Virus record (IMG/VR): IMGVR_UViG_3300042934_000619
Location: 1 to 64,000 of that record
DNA from: a virus
Reading direction: 5' to 3' (one strand)
DNA length: 64,000 bases
A program made the position numbers and the translations under genes. Below are positions 48,606-58,415 of this stretch, piece after piece. The notes beneath the pieces are model-generated. The model searched no databases. It was not told where the DNA came from and saw only the letters and a list, made by a program, of their open reading frames with translations. Each line of letters opens with the position of its first letter. The stretch's first letter is position 1.

Positions 48606-48977
48606 ATGACCGGAATCCTGGCGGTATCCGTCTTCCTCAACGCGCTCCTGATCATCGCGCTCCTGATCAAGCGCGAGTCGCGGAACTGGATGGACGGAAT
48701 CAAGGAAGCGGATGTTCCGCTTCCGCAGGGGATTCATCGTCCCGCGTTCCGGCGGTTCGTCTTCGATCGAAAGGTCGACGTGACCGGCATCTCGGGTACG
48801 GGCATCCGCGTCGAGGGTGTCGTGTTCAGCGACGGATGGGGCGTGTCGCACTGGCTTGACATGCCCCCGATGAACGAGCCGAAGACCGAGGTGTGGCACA
48901 ACCCCGGTGTCGCACCACTCGTCAAGATCAGCGGACACAACGGGGCCAGCGAGGTAGTCTGGCTCGACAGGCCGTGA
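48606..48977 (+). CDS. conserved phage protein with N-terminal TM
   Basis: R..DVTGISGTG...EGV.FSDG. Confidence 0.75.
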   Translation: MTGILAVSVFLNALLIIALLIKRESRNWMDGIKEADVPLPQGIHRPAFRRFVFDRKVDVTGISGTGIRVEGVVFSDGWGVSHWLDMPPMNEPKTEVWHNPGVAPLVKISGHNGASEVVWLDRP

Positions 48978-49421
48978 TACCTTCAACTCGAAGGCGACAA
49001 GGGAGAGATGACATGACGGACAACCAGAAGGACAAGACGGTGCAGGAGATTCGAGAGGAAGAGCGCAAGCGCCTTGAGCGGTTCACTCGCGGCGCCGCGA
49101 GCGAGAGCGCCGCGACCGTGGTCGCGATTACCGTGGCTTCGGTCAGCTCCTCGTCTTCGTCGAGCTGCGACACCTCGTCCTCGTCGGACGGCGGATGCGC
49201 CGCCTGAAAAACCCCCGCCTTCCCTGAATGAGGGCGGGTCAGGGCAGCACCCGTCCGAGCCCCCAGCTCCTGCGGGTTGTGGTGAAACCGGCTGACGTCC
49301 CGGTGCCCGACGGCGTCATGCGTCACTGGTGGCCGTGCGTAGGTTTTCTTCCATTTCCTTACGTACGGGCCCGGGGCAACTCGGCTGACATGCCCGAGGG
49401 CGCATGCATGTCACCGTACAT

Positions 49422-49522
49422 GGGCGGGTAGCTCAATGGGCGCATGAGGAGGTGGCCACCTTCGATTGCATATGCCGATGGTAGAGCGCCGGAGGTTGCG
49501 GGTTCGAGTCCCGTCCCGTCCA
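49422..49522 (+). ncRNA. tRNA-like RNA: Ala-identity acceptor, 49-nt D-loop, no anticodon arm
   Basis: GGGCGGG/CCCGTCC-A (G3-U70, A73), TAGCTC...GAGC, GCGGG-TTCGAGT-CCCGT; only 10 nt between D and T stems. Confidence 0.75.
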
Positions 49523-49582
49523 CGCAGGGTGCGCCAGAGATGTCTGCCGTCGGGTGGACGCGCACGGAGACCCGACACCGCG

Positions 49583-49618
49583 AAGCGTCCGAACGTGTGA
49601 TCCAGTTCGGACGCTTTT
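49583..49618 (+). terminator. intrinsic terminator
   Basis: AAGCGTCCGAAC...GTTCGGACGCTTTT. Confidence 0.7.
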
Positions 49619-49661
49619 GCTGTATCATTCTGCATAGGCAGGCGAATGGAAAACCGGGGAA

Positions 49662-49907
49662 ATGAAGAAGATGGTTCAAGGCGCCACTATTGCTGGCGCC
49701 TTTTTCGTTCTCACTGGGTGTGTTTCCGGGGCGGTTGACGACAAGCGCGCCCCTGGAATGCCGGGGGAGAAGCAGTACGAGATACTGGTCGAGAACGACC
49801 AGCCGTACGGACCGGACAGATTCTGGCTTAAAGTCACCGAAAGAACGTGGGATAACTGCCATCTCGGTGACCAGATAGAGGACTGCCAGGTTGACGGAGC
49901 TTCTTGA
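49662..49907 (+). CDS. small lipoprotein
   Basis: MKK.. hydrophobic stretch, LTGC lipobox. Confidence 0.65.
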   Translation: MKKMVQGATIAGAFFVLTGCVSGAVDDKRAPGMPGEKQYEILVENDQPYGPDRFWLKVTERTWDNCHLGDQIEDCQVDGAS

Positions 49908-50627
49908 TCCCGAGTAGCCTCGGGATCAAGAAGGTGAAAGTGGAAGGTGACAATGACGATGGATGGTCTTTTCGGTGTGTTCGATGGTGTCGATCGTGTG
50001 GCGCAGTTCAGCGACGACGAGGCGGCCGAGGAGTTCCGGCGCGAAGCGCTCGAACTCGATGTCCCCGAGTTCTTCCGCCGACCGGCGTACGATGACCTCC
50101 AGGTCTACGAGGTCCCACAGGGTTACGATGTGCTGCACCGCCTGCTCCTGGGACTCCGACGGTCGCGGAACCAGGATCTCGCGGTGACGGCGGCCCTGAC
50201 CAGGCTGAACCGGGAGCGGAGGGCGGCGGACCGTGACGCGTGAGTGTGACAACGATGACTGTGACTACGAGACGTACGTCAACGACGACGGACGCCCCCG
50301 AGTCCGGTGGATTCACGTGGAGGGATGTGAGGGTCCTGTGCCCTTCGATGAACTTCGTGAAGAGAATGCGCCAAGGGACAGCTTCCTCGCCTACTTGGAG
50401 GCGCGCATGCCGGGAATCCGTAGCGTCAAGGGACCTGAGTTGACGGAAAGTTGACGGCGCTGTTCGTTGAACAGTGTTCCACAGGTGATCGTTTGTAAGG
50501 TGCAACCTGTCTGTTACTGTTCGGTCAGAAGGAGAAAAGAAGCGCCAGGAACTCACCGTTCGCCCCGCATCGTGTCGGGTAATCGGGAGGAAGCCGGAAA
50601 GCGCCTGGAGAAGGAGAAGGAAGACTG

Positions 50628-51185
50628 ATGACAGTGACCAATGAGAACGAACCGGGCGCAGCGCGGAAGATCGTTGTGAGAGACCAGGTGGGTCCCCTTG
50701 AGTTCTACGGGGAACTCGTCGCCGACCTCTCCTGGACCAACGTCGAAGCGGAACAGTACGGACACCATCGGTGGACGAACCTCACGCTGTACCGCGTCCT
50801 GCAAGACGGCTCGGCGTACGCGTACGCACTCCAGGTCGTAGGCCGGAGCGTGATGTACCACCGGGCCGGTGGGGATTGCAAGAGCGGCCAGCCACGCACG
50901 GTGGCGTCGCTGAAGGGTGACAGCAGGCGGTGGGACGAGCTTAAGGTCTGCCCGAAATGCTACCCGGAGGATCTTGAGGACATGACGCCGACCACCGTGG
51001 TCTTCGTGGAGGAAGACATCCCGACCCTCTTCCGGTGCGTCGATGCCTCGGAGGTGGTCAAGGTTCTGCATGGCCGGAGCAGGAGGGAGCGAGGCAGCAA
51101 CGGGCTCAGTCTGAAGCTGCTCCAGATCTCCTCGGAGCGTGACGAGGAGATCGCGAAGGTACTTCGTCAGGCGCGGAGTCTCTGA
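50628..51185 (+). CDS. hypothetical protein
   Basis: RBS AAGGAAG; L.F.G..VA...RW..L.LYR, CPKC. Confidence 0.8.
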   Translation: MTVTNENEPGAARKIVVRDQVGPLEFYGELVADLSWTNVEAEQYGHHRWTNLTLYRVLQDGSAYAYALQVVGRSVMYHRAGGDCKSGQPRTVASLKGDSRRWDELKVCPKCYPEDLEDMTPTTVVFVEEDIPTLFRCVDASEVVKVLHGRSRRERGSNGLSLKLLQISSERDEEIAKVLRQARSL

Positions 51186-51290
51186 GGGGTTACATCCTCG
51201 GACTCCGGGAACCCGTGCAGTAGCCCATCCCGAAGCGCCGCCCGTCGAGCATCCCCCCGCTCGACGGGCGGTCCTCATTTCCGGCCCAGG

Positions 51291-51319
51291 TTGACAGGTC
51301 GGGTTGACGAACGTATAAT
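51291..51319 (+). promoter_or_regulatory. consensus sigma70 promoter for the replication operon
   Basis: TTGACA-N17-TATAAT exact. Confidence 0.85.
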
Positions 51320-51376
51320 CTCCCATCCGGCGAGATCCGGTGTTATCTTCCTGCTCTGAGGCAGGAAGGCAGACAT

Positions 51377-53158
51377 GTGACATCACCACTCGCTGACGTA
51401 AGCCTTCACCTCGTCGAGAGCATCGACGACGCGATGGCGCTCAAGCGGTGGCTTGGTGAACGACACGACGGCATCGTTGCGTTCGACACCGAGTCCGGAG
51501 GGCTTTCGCCCTGGAAGACTGAACTGCGCATGGTTCAGTTCGGAGACAAGCGGACCGGCTGGGCTGTCCCCTGGGAGCGATGGGGCGGTGTCGCCCTGGA
51601 GATCTTCCAGTCCTACGAGGGTGAGTGGGCCGCCCACAACGGCATCCATGACTGGAAGTTCCTCTCCGTCAAGGCCGGGTACGACGTGCCGTGGGAGCGG
51701 ATGCACGACACGCTCACCATGGCCCGAATAGATGACCCCTCCCGGGCCAACGGCCTGAAGCCGCTGGGCAGTTCGCTGATCGACCGGCGTGCCGTCGCCG
51801 GGCAGAAGGCCCTCGACGAGGGCATGGCGGCGAACAAGTGGAACTGGGCTACGGTGCCCATCAACTACCCGCCGTACTGGATCTACAGTGCGCTCGATCC
51901 CGTGATCACGTCGCACCTGCATGACCACCTGGCCCCACGGGTCCTCGCCTCCGCGCCGGAGGCGTACGACCTGGAGCGCGCGGCCAACCGGATCTGCACC
52001 AAGATGATGATGAAGGGGATGCAGCTCGACGTCCCCTACGTCGAGCGGGCCATCGCGACGTACGAGGAGACCAGCGGCAAGATCCGGGACTGGCTGATCA
52101 AGGCTCATCAGATCACGAGCCCCGTGTCCGCCGGGCAGATCCGCCGGGCCTTCGAACGTCTCGGGCAGGACGTCCTGTTCTGGACGAGGACCGGCCAGCC
52201 GCAGTTCACCAAGGCGACCCTCGGCTTCTACGTGGAGCAGGGGCAGAACGATGCCGTCAAGCAGCTGGCCAAGTACCTGCTCGCCGTCCGCAAGGCCGAC
52301 AAGTTCCCGCGCGACTACCTGCACAAGTTCCTCAACCTGCGGGACGCCGGGGACATCCTGCGGATGAACATCAACGTCATGGGCGCGATCACCAGTCGCA
52401 TGTCCGTGTCGGAACCACCGCTCCAACAGCTCTCCCGTGACGAGGCGATGATCCGGGGGTCGTTCGTTCCGCGCGACGGGCTGGTCCTTCTCTCGTGCGA
52501 CCTCGACCAGATCGAACTGCGGATGATCGCCGACGCCTCGGCCGACGAAGGACTCATCCGGGCGATCCATGAGGCCGACGCCACCGGCACCAACGTGTTC
52601 CTCGTCATCGGCCGTGAGATGTACGGCGAGAAGATCACGAAGAAGGATCCGCGCTATACCTCACTGAAGGCGTTTGTGTACGCCCGTGCGTATGGCGCCG
52701 GGCCGGAGGAACTCGCGGAGACGGCTGGCATCCCTATCGAGACCGTGGTCCACATCGAGACCCTGTTCAACGAGAACTTCCCCGGCATGCGCCGGATCTC
52801 GGACGAGCTGATCAGCGCGGCCAGGCAGATGCGCGCACGAGGTGAACGAGCCGGTGTCCGGCTGAAGTCGGGCCGCTTCATCCCGCTCAAGCAGGGCAAG
52901 GACTACACCGCCCTGAACTACAAGACGCAGGGACCGGCCGCCGAGTACATGAAGCGCTCGCTCGTGAACCTCGACGCGTCCGGCCTCGGGGACAACCTGC
53001 TCCTCCCGATCCACGACGAAGTCCTCCTCGAAGCTCCGGCGTCGGAAGCCGAGGAAGTCCTGAAGGTCGTTGAGGAGTGCATGACAGACCGCGAGAACTA
53101 CGCGGTTCCTCTGACGGCGGGCGGTTCGATCCTGCCGGAACGGTGGGTGAAGACGTGA
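51377..53158 (+). CDS. polA: family A DNA polymerase (3'-5' exonuclease plus polymerase, no 5'-3' exonuclease)
   Basis: AFDTE, HN..HD, HDT, YSALD (exo); T.R.S...PPLQQ, D..QIELR, K...Y...YG, N...QG.AA, IHDEV. Confidence 0.95.
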   Translation: MTSPLADVSLHLVESIDDAMALKRWLGERHDGIVAFDTESGGLSPWKTELRMVQFGDKRTGWAVPWERWGGVALEIFQSYEGEWAAHNGIHDWKFLSVKAGYDVPWERMHDTLTMARIDDPSRANGLKPLGSSLIDRRAVAGQKALDEGMAANKWNWATVPINYPPYWIYSALDPVITSHLHDHLAPRVLASAPEAYDLERAANRICTKMMMKGMQLDVPYVERAIATYEETSGKIRDWLIKAHQITSPVSAGQIRRAFERLGQDVLFWTRTGQPQFTKATLGFYVEQGQNDAVKQLAKYLLAVRKADKFPRDYLHKFLNLRDAGDILRMNINVMGAITSRMSVSEPPLQQLSRDEAMIRGSFVPRDGLVLLSCDLDQIELRMIADASADEGLIRAIHEADATGTNVFLVIGREMYGEKITKKDPRYTSLKAFVYARAYGAGPEELAETAGIPIETVVHIETLFNENFPGMRRISDELISAARQMRARGERAGVRLKSGRFIPLKQGKDYTALNYKTQGPAAEYMKRSLVNLDASGLGDNLLLPIHDEVLLEAPASEAEEVLKVVEECMTDRENYAVPLTAGGSILPERWVKT

Positions 53159-53424
53159 CCCGGATCCTCAGGTACATCGTCCCGGTCGATGACGAGTGGC
53201 ACACCGTCTACACCGCCGGGCGCCCACTTCATGTCGCCTGCCGATCCGCCGACGTGGTGGAGTTCTGGGCATGGGAGTCAGCAACGGAACTCCCCACGGA
53301 GTACCGGGTCTACGGCACCGGACACCCGGTCGAGCCCGGCGCAACGTATGTTGGTACAGCACTTACTCCCGGAGGTCACCTGGTCTGGCACCTGGTGACG
53401 CGCGTGGCAGGAGGATCGTCGTGA
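53155..53424 (+). CDS. conserved phage hypothetical protein
   Basis: GTGA overlap; VYGTGH...YVGT...LVWHL. Confidence 0.75.
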   Translation: MTRILRYIVPVDDEWHTVYTAGRPLHVACRSADVVEFWAWESATELPTEYRVYGTGHPVEPGATYVGTALTPGGHLVWHLVTRVAGGSS

Positions 53425-53906
53425 GCGAAGAGCGGAACCTCGTCGTCTGGGCTGACCCCGGTCTCATGACCGGCCTGGCCTGGTATGACGTCGCGGCGGG
53501 AGACTTCCAGTCGGGCCAGTACGGACCCGACGACCTCGTGCGCAAGCTCGACCAGCTTGGCGCCGTCCATGCCGCTCGCATGGTGCTGGGGTATGAGAAG
53601 TTCATCGCCACGTCCGGTGGCGCGAGGACCAGTTCGTCTTCGCACTCGCAGCGAGCGATCAGGGTTCTCGACGACTGGGCGTACGGATCCCAGGTGCCGG
53701 TGCTCCGGTCGCAACCGTCGTCAGCTCGCAACCTCGGACAGGTCGTGTGGCTTCGTCGGCTCGGCTGGTACAAGCCCGGCAAGGGGCACGCAAATGACGC
53801 CGCTCAGCACCTTCTTGCGGATCTGCTCAAGCGTCAGCCCATGCCACACGCGATACGAGCGAAGCTCTTCCCGGGATACACAGCGCGTGGTAACCTCGCC
53901 ACCTGA
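53421..53906 (+). CDS. RuvC-like Holliday junction resolvase
   Basis: ADPG..TG.A, .E.F, H..DA..H. Confidence 0.75.
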   Translation: MSEERNLVVWADPGLMTGLAWYDVAAGDFQSGQYGPDDLVRKLDQLGAVHAARMVLGYEKFIATSGGARTSSSSHSQRAIRVLDDWAYGSQVPVLRSQPSSARNLGQVVWLRRLGWYKPGKGHANDAAQHLLADLLKRQPMPHAIRAKLFPGYTARGNLAT

Positions 53907-53957
53907 GCAAACAAGCAGCTCAGAGCGCTCTTCAAGCGCAGCACACAGGGAGATGGT

Positions 53958-54287
53958 GTGCCTGTCGCTGAGATAGTTGACGGAAGAGTCGCAATCCGTA
54001 CGCAGTACCACGAACGTCACCTGGTTCAACAGGTCCCCGGAGCACGCTATGACAAGCGCGGGGGATACTGGACGGCGCCGCTCAGTTGGCCGACATGTGT
54101 GGTCCTTCGTGGTCTCTTCGGAGAGCGACTAGAAATCGGTACCGACCTCGCCGAGTGGTCTTGGCGGATTTACAGGGCGAGGATCGGTCCCGCACTCCAA
54201 CTCAGACACGCAATGGAGTTGTCCCCGGACGACCCCGTGGCAAAGATCATCGACCTCGTGGAATCACGCATGGAAGGCGGCGGATGA
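53958..54287 (+). CDS. helicase-associated N-terminal (HARP-like) domain
   Basis: VPGARYD....W..P; ATGA-coupled to SNF2. Confidence 0.65.
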   Translation: MPVAEIVDGRVAIRTQYHERHLVQQVPGARYDKRGGYWTAPLSWPTCVVLRGLFGERLEIGTDLAEWSWRIYRARIGPALQLRHAMELSPDDPVAKIIDLVESRMEGGG

Positions 54288-55795
54288 AGCTCCTCGGCTA
54301 CCAGCGTTCTGGTGTCGCATTCCTTGTCAAGAGTCGACGGGCTCTGCTCGCCGATCCTCCGGGTACCGGCAAGACGGCACAACTGATCCGCACCTTGCAG
54401 GTGTTGCAGGAACTGGGCGAGAACCCCTTTCCGGCTCTCGTAGTCTGTCCGAACAGCCTGAAGCTGTCAACCTGGGCTCGCGAACTGTCAACCTGGGCTC
54501 CGGAAGTCACGTACCAGGTGGTGGATGGCAACGCGACCCAGCGTCGGAAGCAACTCGCCTCCGAAGCGCAGGTGTTCATCCTGAACTGGGAAGCCGTCAG
54601 GCTCCACTCCCGGCTCGCCGGGTACGGAACCATCGCGCTCAAGGACAAGGAGAAGGAGCCCAAGGAGCTGAACAAGCTCGGGCTCCGGACCGTCATCCTC
54701 GACGAGGCGCACAAGGCCAAGGACCCGAACGCCTCGCAGACCCGCGCAGTATGGGCGGTCCTGCACGACGCCGAGTTCCGGTACCTCGCGTCCGGTACGC
54801 CGGTGGCTCAGCACGTCGGAGACCTGTGGTCCCTGCTTCACGGCATCGACCCCGTGTGGTTCCCGGCCAAGACGAAATACCTCGACTACTTCGCCGACAT
54901 TTCCCTCAATCACTTCGGCGCCCTCGAAGTTCACGGCCTCAAGCCGGAACATCGCGACGAGTTCTTCCGCATCGTCGACCCGTTGATGCGACGGATCCCG
55001 AAGGAAGCAGCTCTCCCCCAGCTGCCCCCCGTCCTTCCGGTACAGATCCGGCATACGGTCATGTCGGCGAAGCAGAAGAAGTCGTACGACGAGATGGAGC
55101 GCGACATGGTCGCGCAGCTTGACGATCTCGTCGTGGCGCCGAACCCCCTCAGTCAGCTGATCCGGCTGAAGCAGTTCGCAGCCGCGTGCGGGGAGACGTC
55201 GCCGGGGGTCCGGCGGGAGAAGCAGCAGTTCTGGGAGAACGGCGAACTGGTCGAGAGGATCGTCGAGGTTCCGACGATCAACGTGAAGCTGCTCGCCCCC
55301 TCGGGGAAGGTGGACGACCTCGTCGACCTGCTCGACGAGATGGGAGACGACGAGCCCCTCGTCGTGGCCGCCGTCTCCCGGCAGCTGATCGAGCTGGCGG
55401 CCGAGAAGCTGACCAAGCTCAAGATCTCCCACGGCCTGATCACCGGCGCGCAGTCGCAGTACGAGCGCGACCAGGCGGTACAGCGGTTCCAGAACGGACA
55501 GATCCGCGTGGTCCTGCTGACGCTCGGAGCCGGAGCCGAAGGGATCACCCTCACCCGGTCCCGGACGATGCTCTTCATGCAGGAGAGCGACTCCGAGATC
55601 CAGAACCAGCAGGCCCGTGATCGGGTCCACCGCATCGGATCCGAGCGGCACGACGCGATCCGGATCATCAAGCAGGTCGCCCCCGGCACCGTCGAGGAAC
55701 GCCAGGAAGAACTGCTGGCCACCAAGAAGATCCGCATGGAAGAGGTCGTTCGCGACCGCGAGACGTTGGCGAAGCTCCTGGGAGTCGCAGCATGA
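54284..55795 (+). CDS. SNF2-family helicase
   Basis: L..YQ, ADPPGTGKT, LDEAH, SGTP, GAEGITLT, QARDRVHRIG. Confidence 0.95.
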   Translation: MKLLGYQRSGVAFLVKSRRALLADPPGTGKTAQLIRTLQVLQELGENPFPALVVCPNSLKLSTWARELSTWAPEVTYQVVDGNATQRRKQLASEAQVFILNWEAVRLHSRLAGYGTIALKDKEKEPKELNKLGLRTVILDEAHKAKDPNASQTRAVWAVLHDAEFRYLASGTPVAQHVGDLWSLLHGIDPVWFPAKTKYLDYFADISLNHFGALEVHGLKPEHRDEFFRIVDPLMRRIPKEAALPQLPPVLPVQIRHTVMSAKQKKSYDEMERDMVAQLDDLVVAPNPLSQLIRLKQFAAACGETSPGVRREKQQFWENGELVERIVEVPTINVKLLAPSGKVDDLVDLLDEMGDDEPLVVAAVSRQLIELAAEKLTKLKISHGLITGAQSQYERDQAVQRFQNGQIRVVLLTLGAGAEGITLTRSRTMLFMQESDSEIQNQQARDRVHRIGSERHDAIRIIKQVAPGTVEERQEELLATKKIRMEEVVRDRETLAKLLGVAA

Positions 55796-56022
55796 ATGCA
55801 CTGAATGAGGTCGAGCGGCTCCTGTACACCACGGAGGAAGCCGCCGCCGCGCTCGGGATCGGGGTCACCAAGGCCAAGGAGCTGATCCGCGAAGGTGACC
55901 TGCGCAGCGTGAAGATCGGTACGCTCCGCCGGATCCCGGTCAGCGCCCTCAAGGAGTACGTGAGCCTGCTGCACCTTGAGCAGGCGGTCGGTGCCCCTGT
56001 GCTGAAGGCGGAAGCCGCATGA
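55792..56022 (+). CDS. excisionase-like HTH_17 DNA-binding protein
   Basis: LLYT.EEAA..LGIG.....LI..G.L.SVKIG..RRIP. Confidence 0.85.
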   Translation: MNALNEVERLLYTTEEAAAALGIGVTKAKELIREGDLRSVKIGTLRRIPVSALKEYVSLLHLEQAVGAPVLKAEAA

Positions 56023-56387
56023 CGGCGCAAGGTATGCACCCTCCGGCGACCAGGCGGTGCCAGATCTACGTGGACGCCAGCGGTGACGGATCCGATCTGC
56101 ATCGGTGCATCAACGAAGGCACGCACTGGGAGGAGTGGCCGGGTTGTGGCTGCGCCGACGAGGACGAGGGCATGTGCGCCGAAGATTTCTTCACCTGGGA
56201 GTGCGGCGGCCCTCATCGCCTCCACGGAGGAACGGTATGAGCGAGTCGGGCGACCCCCTGGTCGGCATGGACGAAGGCGCCGTCACCCAGCACGAGCTGT
56301 ACATGTCGTGGGTACGTGCGGGATTCACCCCGGACCAGGCGCTGGACCTGGTGAAGACGGTGATCAGCGAGATCTTCCGGAGGAACG

Positions 56388-56723
56388 ATGAGGAATGAGC
56401 CCTACGAGGTGTCGGAGCGGGCGGCGATCCGTATCCGTGCCTTCCGGAAGACGCGCCGCATCAGTGCCGAACTGCTGGCGGAGAAGCTGACCAAGGCCGG
56501 ATACCCGATCACCCGCAGTGCGCTGGCGAACTTCGAGAACGGGCGGTTCCGTACTGTCCCGCTCGATCTGGTCGTGGCCGCGATGAAGGTCTTCGAGGTC
56601 GGCTTCGGGACGTTCATGCAGGGCCCGCTGTGCGGTACCTGCGCGGACAAGCCGCCGCTCGGCTTCGGCTGCCAGACGTGCAAGCGCACCATGACGGAAC
56701 GCGGGGAGCTGGTGGCGTGCTGA
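56388..56723 (+). CDS. XRE HTH protein with C-terminal Zn ribbon
   Basis: IRAFRK.R.IS...LA...ITRSALANFENGR; CGTC, CQTC. Confidence 0.8.
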   Translation: MRNEPYEVSERAAIRIRAFRKTRRISAELLAEKLTKAGYPITRSALANFENGRFRTVPLDLVVAAMKVFEVGFGTFMQGPLCGTCADKPPLGFGCQTCKRTMTERGELVAC

Positions 56724-57688
56724 AGGTCAGCCCGTCGGAGATCGCCAAGTTCAGGCGGTGCCGCCGGAGTTGGGCCCTCACGTACCACTACCGGTGGGGG
56801 CTGAACCCGCTGACGGCACCGGTGACCGGAGCCGCGCAGTTGGGAACGCGTATCCATGCCGCGCTGGAGGCGTACTACGGGTACGACATCGACCCGTGCT
56901 CGGCGATCGGGATCATCTACGACTTCGAGCGGGACCGGCGACCGGACGCGGCAGCGGAGCTGACGGCCGAACAGGACTGGGCCATGATCATGGTCTCCGG
57001 GTACCTGGACTGGGCCGCCGAGACAGGTATCGACGAGGAGTACGACGCGGTCACCGTCGAGCGTGCCGTCGAGGTGCCGATCCTGCTGTCCAGCGGCGAG
57101 ATGGCCATCGTCACCGGCAAGCTCGACCAGATCGTCAGGCGGCGGATGGACGGCGCACTGTGCGTACGCGACTGGAAGACCGTCGCATCCCTGCACAAGG
57201 CCGACCTCCTCGTGCTCGACGAGCAGATGCGTATCTACTCGGCCCTGTTGTCGATCGCCTCCGACGGGATGCGGGTGGACGGCGCCATCTACGCCATGCT
57301 GCTCCGCTCCAAGCGGACGGCGCGAGCCAACGGACCGTTCTACGAGCAGGTGCACATCGGCTACAACGGGGCCGACCACAACAGCATGATGATGCGTCTG
57401 CGCGGTGTCCTCGATGACATGGACCGGGTGACCCGACAGCTGAATCAGGGAGTCGTCGACCACAGGGTGGCGGCGTATCCGAACCCGATGACGGACCGCT
57501 GCAAGTGGGACTGCTCCTTCACTCACGTCTGTCCGCTGTTCGACGACGGCTCCCGTGCCGACGCGGCGATGCGTGCGAACTACATACAGCTCGACCCCTA
57601 CCACTACCGCAACAACGACCTGATCGACACGGTGAAGGCGGCGTTCGGCGTGACCTCTCCCGTGATCGGGGAGGGCTCCGATGGCTGA
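56717..57688 (+). CDS. PD-(D/E)XK Cas4/RecB-like exonuclease
   Basis: SPS....F..C...W, GT.IH.ALE, GKLD, DWKT, Q..IY, C.W.C.F..VC. Confidence 0.9.
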   Translation: MLKVSPSEIAKFRRCRRSWALTYHYRWGLNPLTAPVTGAAQLGTRIHAALEAYYGYDIDPCSAIGIIYDFERDRRPDAAAELTAEQDWAMIMVSGYLDWAAETGIDEEYDAVTVERAVEVPILLSSGEMAIVTGKLDQIVRRRMDGALCVRDWKTVASLHKADLLVLDEQMRIYSALLSIASDGMRVDGAIYAMLLRSKRTARANGPFYEQVHIGYNGADHNSMMMRLRGVLDDMDRVTRQLNQGVVDHRVAAYPNPMTDRCKWDCSFTHVCPLFDDGSRADAAMRANYIQLDPYHYRNNDLIDTVKAAFGVTSPVIGEGSDG

Positions 57689-58415
57689 CGACGGCCTCTC
57701 GATGATCGTCTACGGTCCCAGCAAGGGCGGCAAGTCCACGCTCGGCGACACCACTCCAGCTCCGCGCCTGGTGCTTGACGCGGAGATGGGGTCACGCTTC
57801 ACCCCCAGCAAGAAGATCAAGTGGGATCCGATACGTGAGGCTCCTCCGGAGGCCGACGGATCATGGGACACCGCGCTGGTGCCGGTCCACTCCTTCACCG
57901 CAGTGCAGAAGGCGTACGAGTGGCTCAACTCCGGTAAGCACCCCTTCCGTTCGGTCGTCATGGACTCGATCTCCGAGGTCCAGCAGCGGATGGTGGACTC
58001 CCTCGTCGGCACCAACCCGATGCAGCTTCAGGACTGGGGCACCCTGCTACGTCAGGCGTCCGACCTGGTCCGCAAGTTCCGTGACCTGACGACCAACCCC
58101 GTTAGGCCCCTCGACATCGTGCTCTTCATCGCGATGGCGCAGCAGCGGCAGGACGGGACGCAACACCCTTATGTGCAGGGGCAGCTGAAGACGACGCTCC
58201 CCTACTACACGGACCTGCTGGCGTATCTCGCGCCCGTCCCGGCGGAGGACGGCACCATCGTGCGGCGCCTGCTGGTCGGCCCGACTCAGGGCTACGAGAC
58301 CGGTGAGCGAGTCGGAGGGCGACTCGGTCACTTCATCGACAACCCGAACATCACAGACATGCTCAGCAAGGTCCGCGAAGACGCGGTCCCGGCGACGACG
58401 AACGAGGTGGCGTGA
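57681..58415 (+). CDS. AAA_24 (Sak4-like) ATPase
   Basis: YGPSKGGKST, LVLDAE.G, VV.DS.SE, QDWG. Confidence 0.88.
   Translation: MADDGLSMIVYGPSKGGKSTLGDTTPAPRLVLDAEMGSRFTPSKKIKWDPIREAPPEADGSWDTALVPVHSFTAVQKAYEWLNSGKHPFRSVVMDSISEVQQRMVDSLVGTNPMQLQDWGTLLRQASDLVRKFRDLTTNPVRPLDIVLFIAMAQQRQDGTQHPYVQGQLKTTLPYYTDLLAYLAPVPAEDGTIVRRLLVGPTQGYETGERVGGRLGHFIDNPNITDMLSKVREDAVPATTNEVA

Noticed and set aside
55792-56022. Excisionase as proof of an integrated prophage
   Set aside because: HTH_17 proteins are common regulators; no integrase or att site seen in the window
56717-57688. Cas4 as evidence of a CRISPR-Cas system
   Set aside because: Sits in the usual phage exonuclease-AAA_24-DUF669 recombination module
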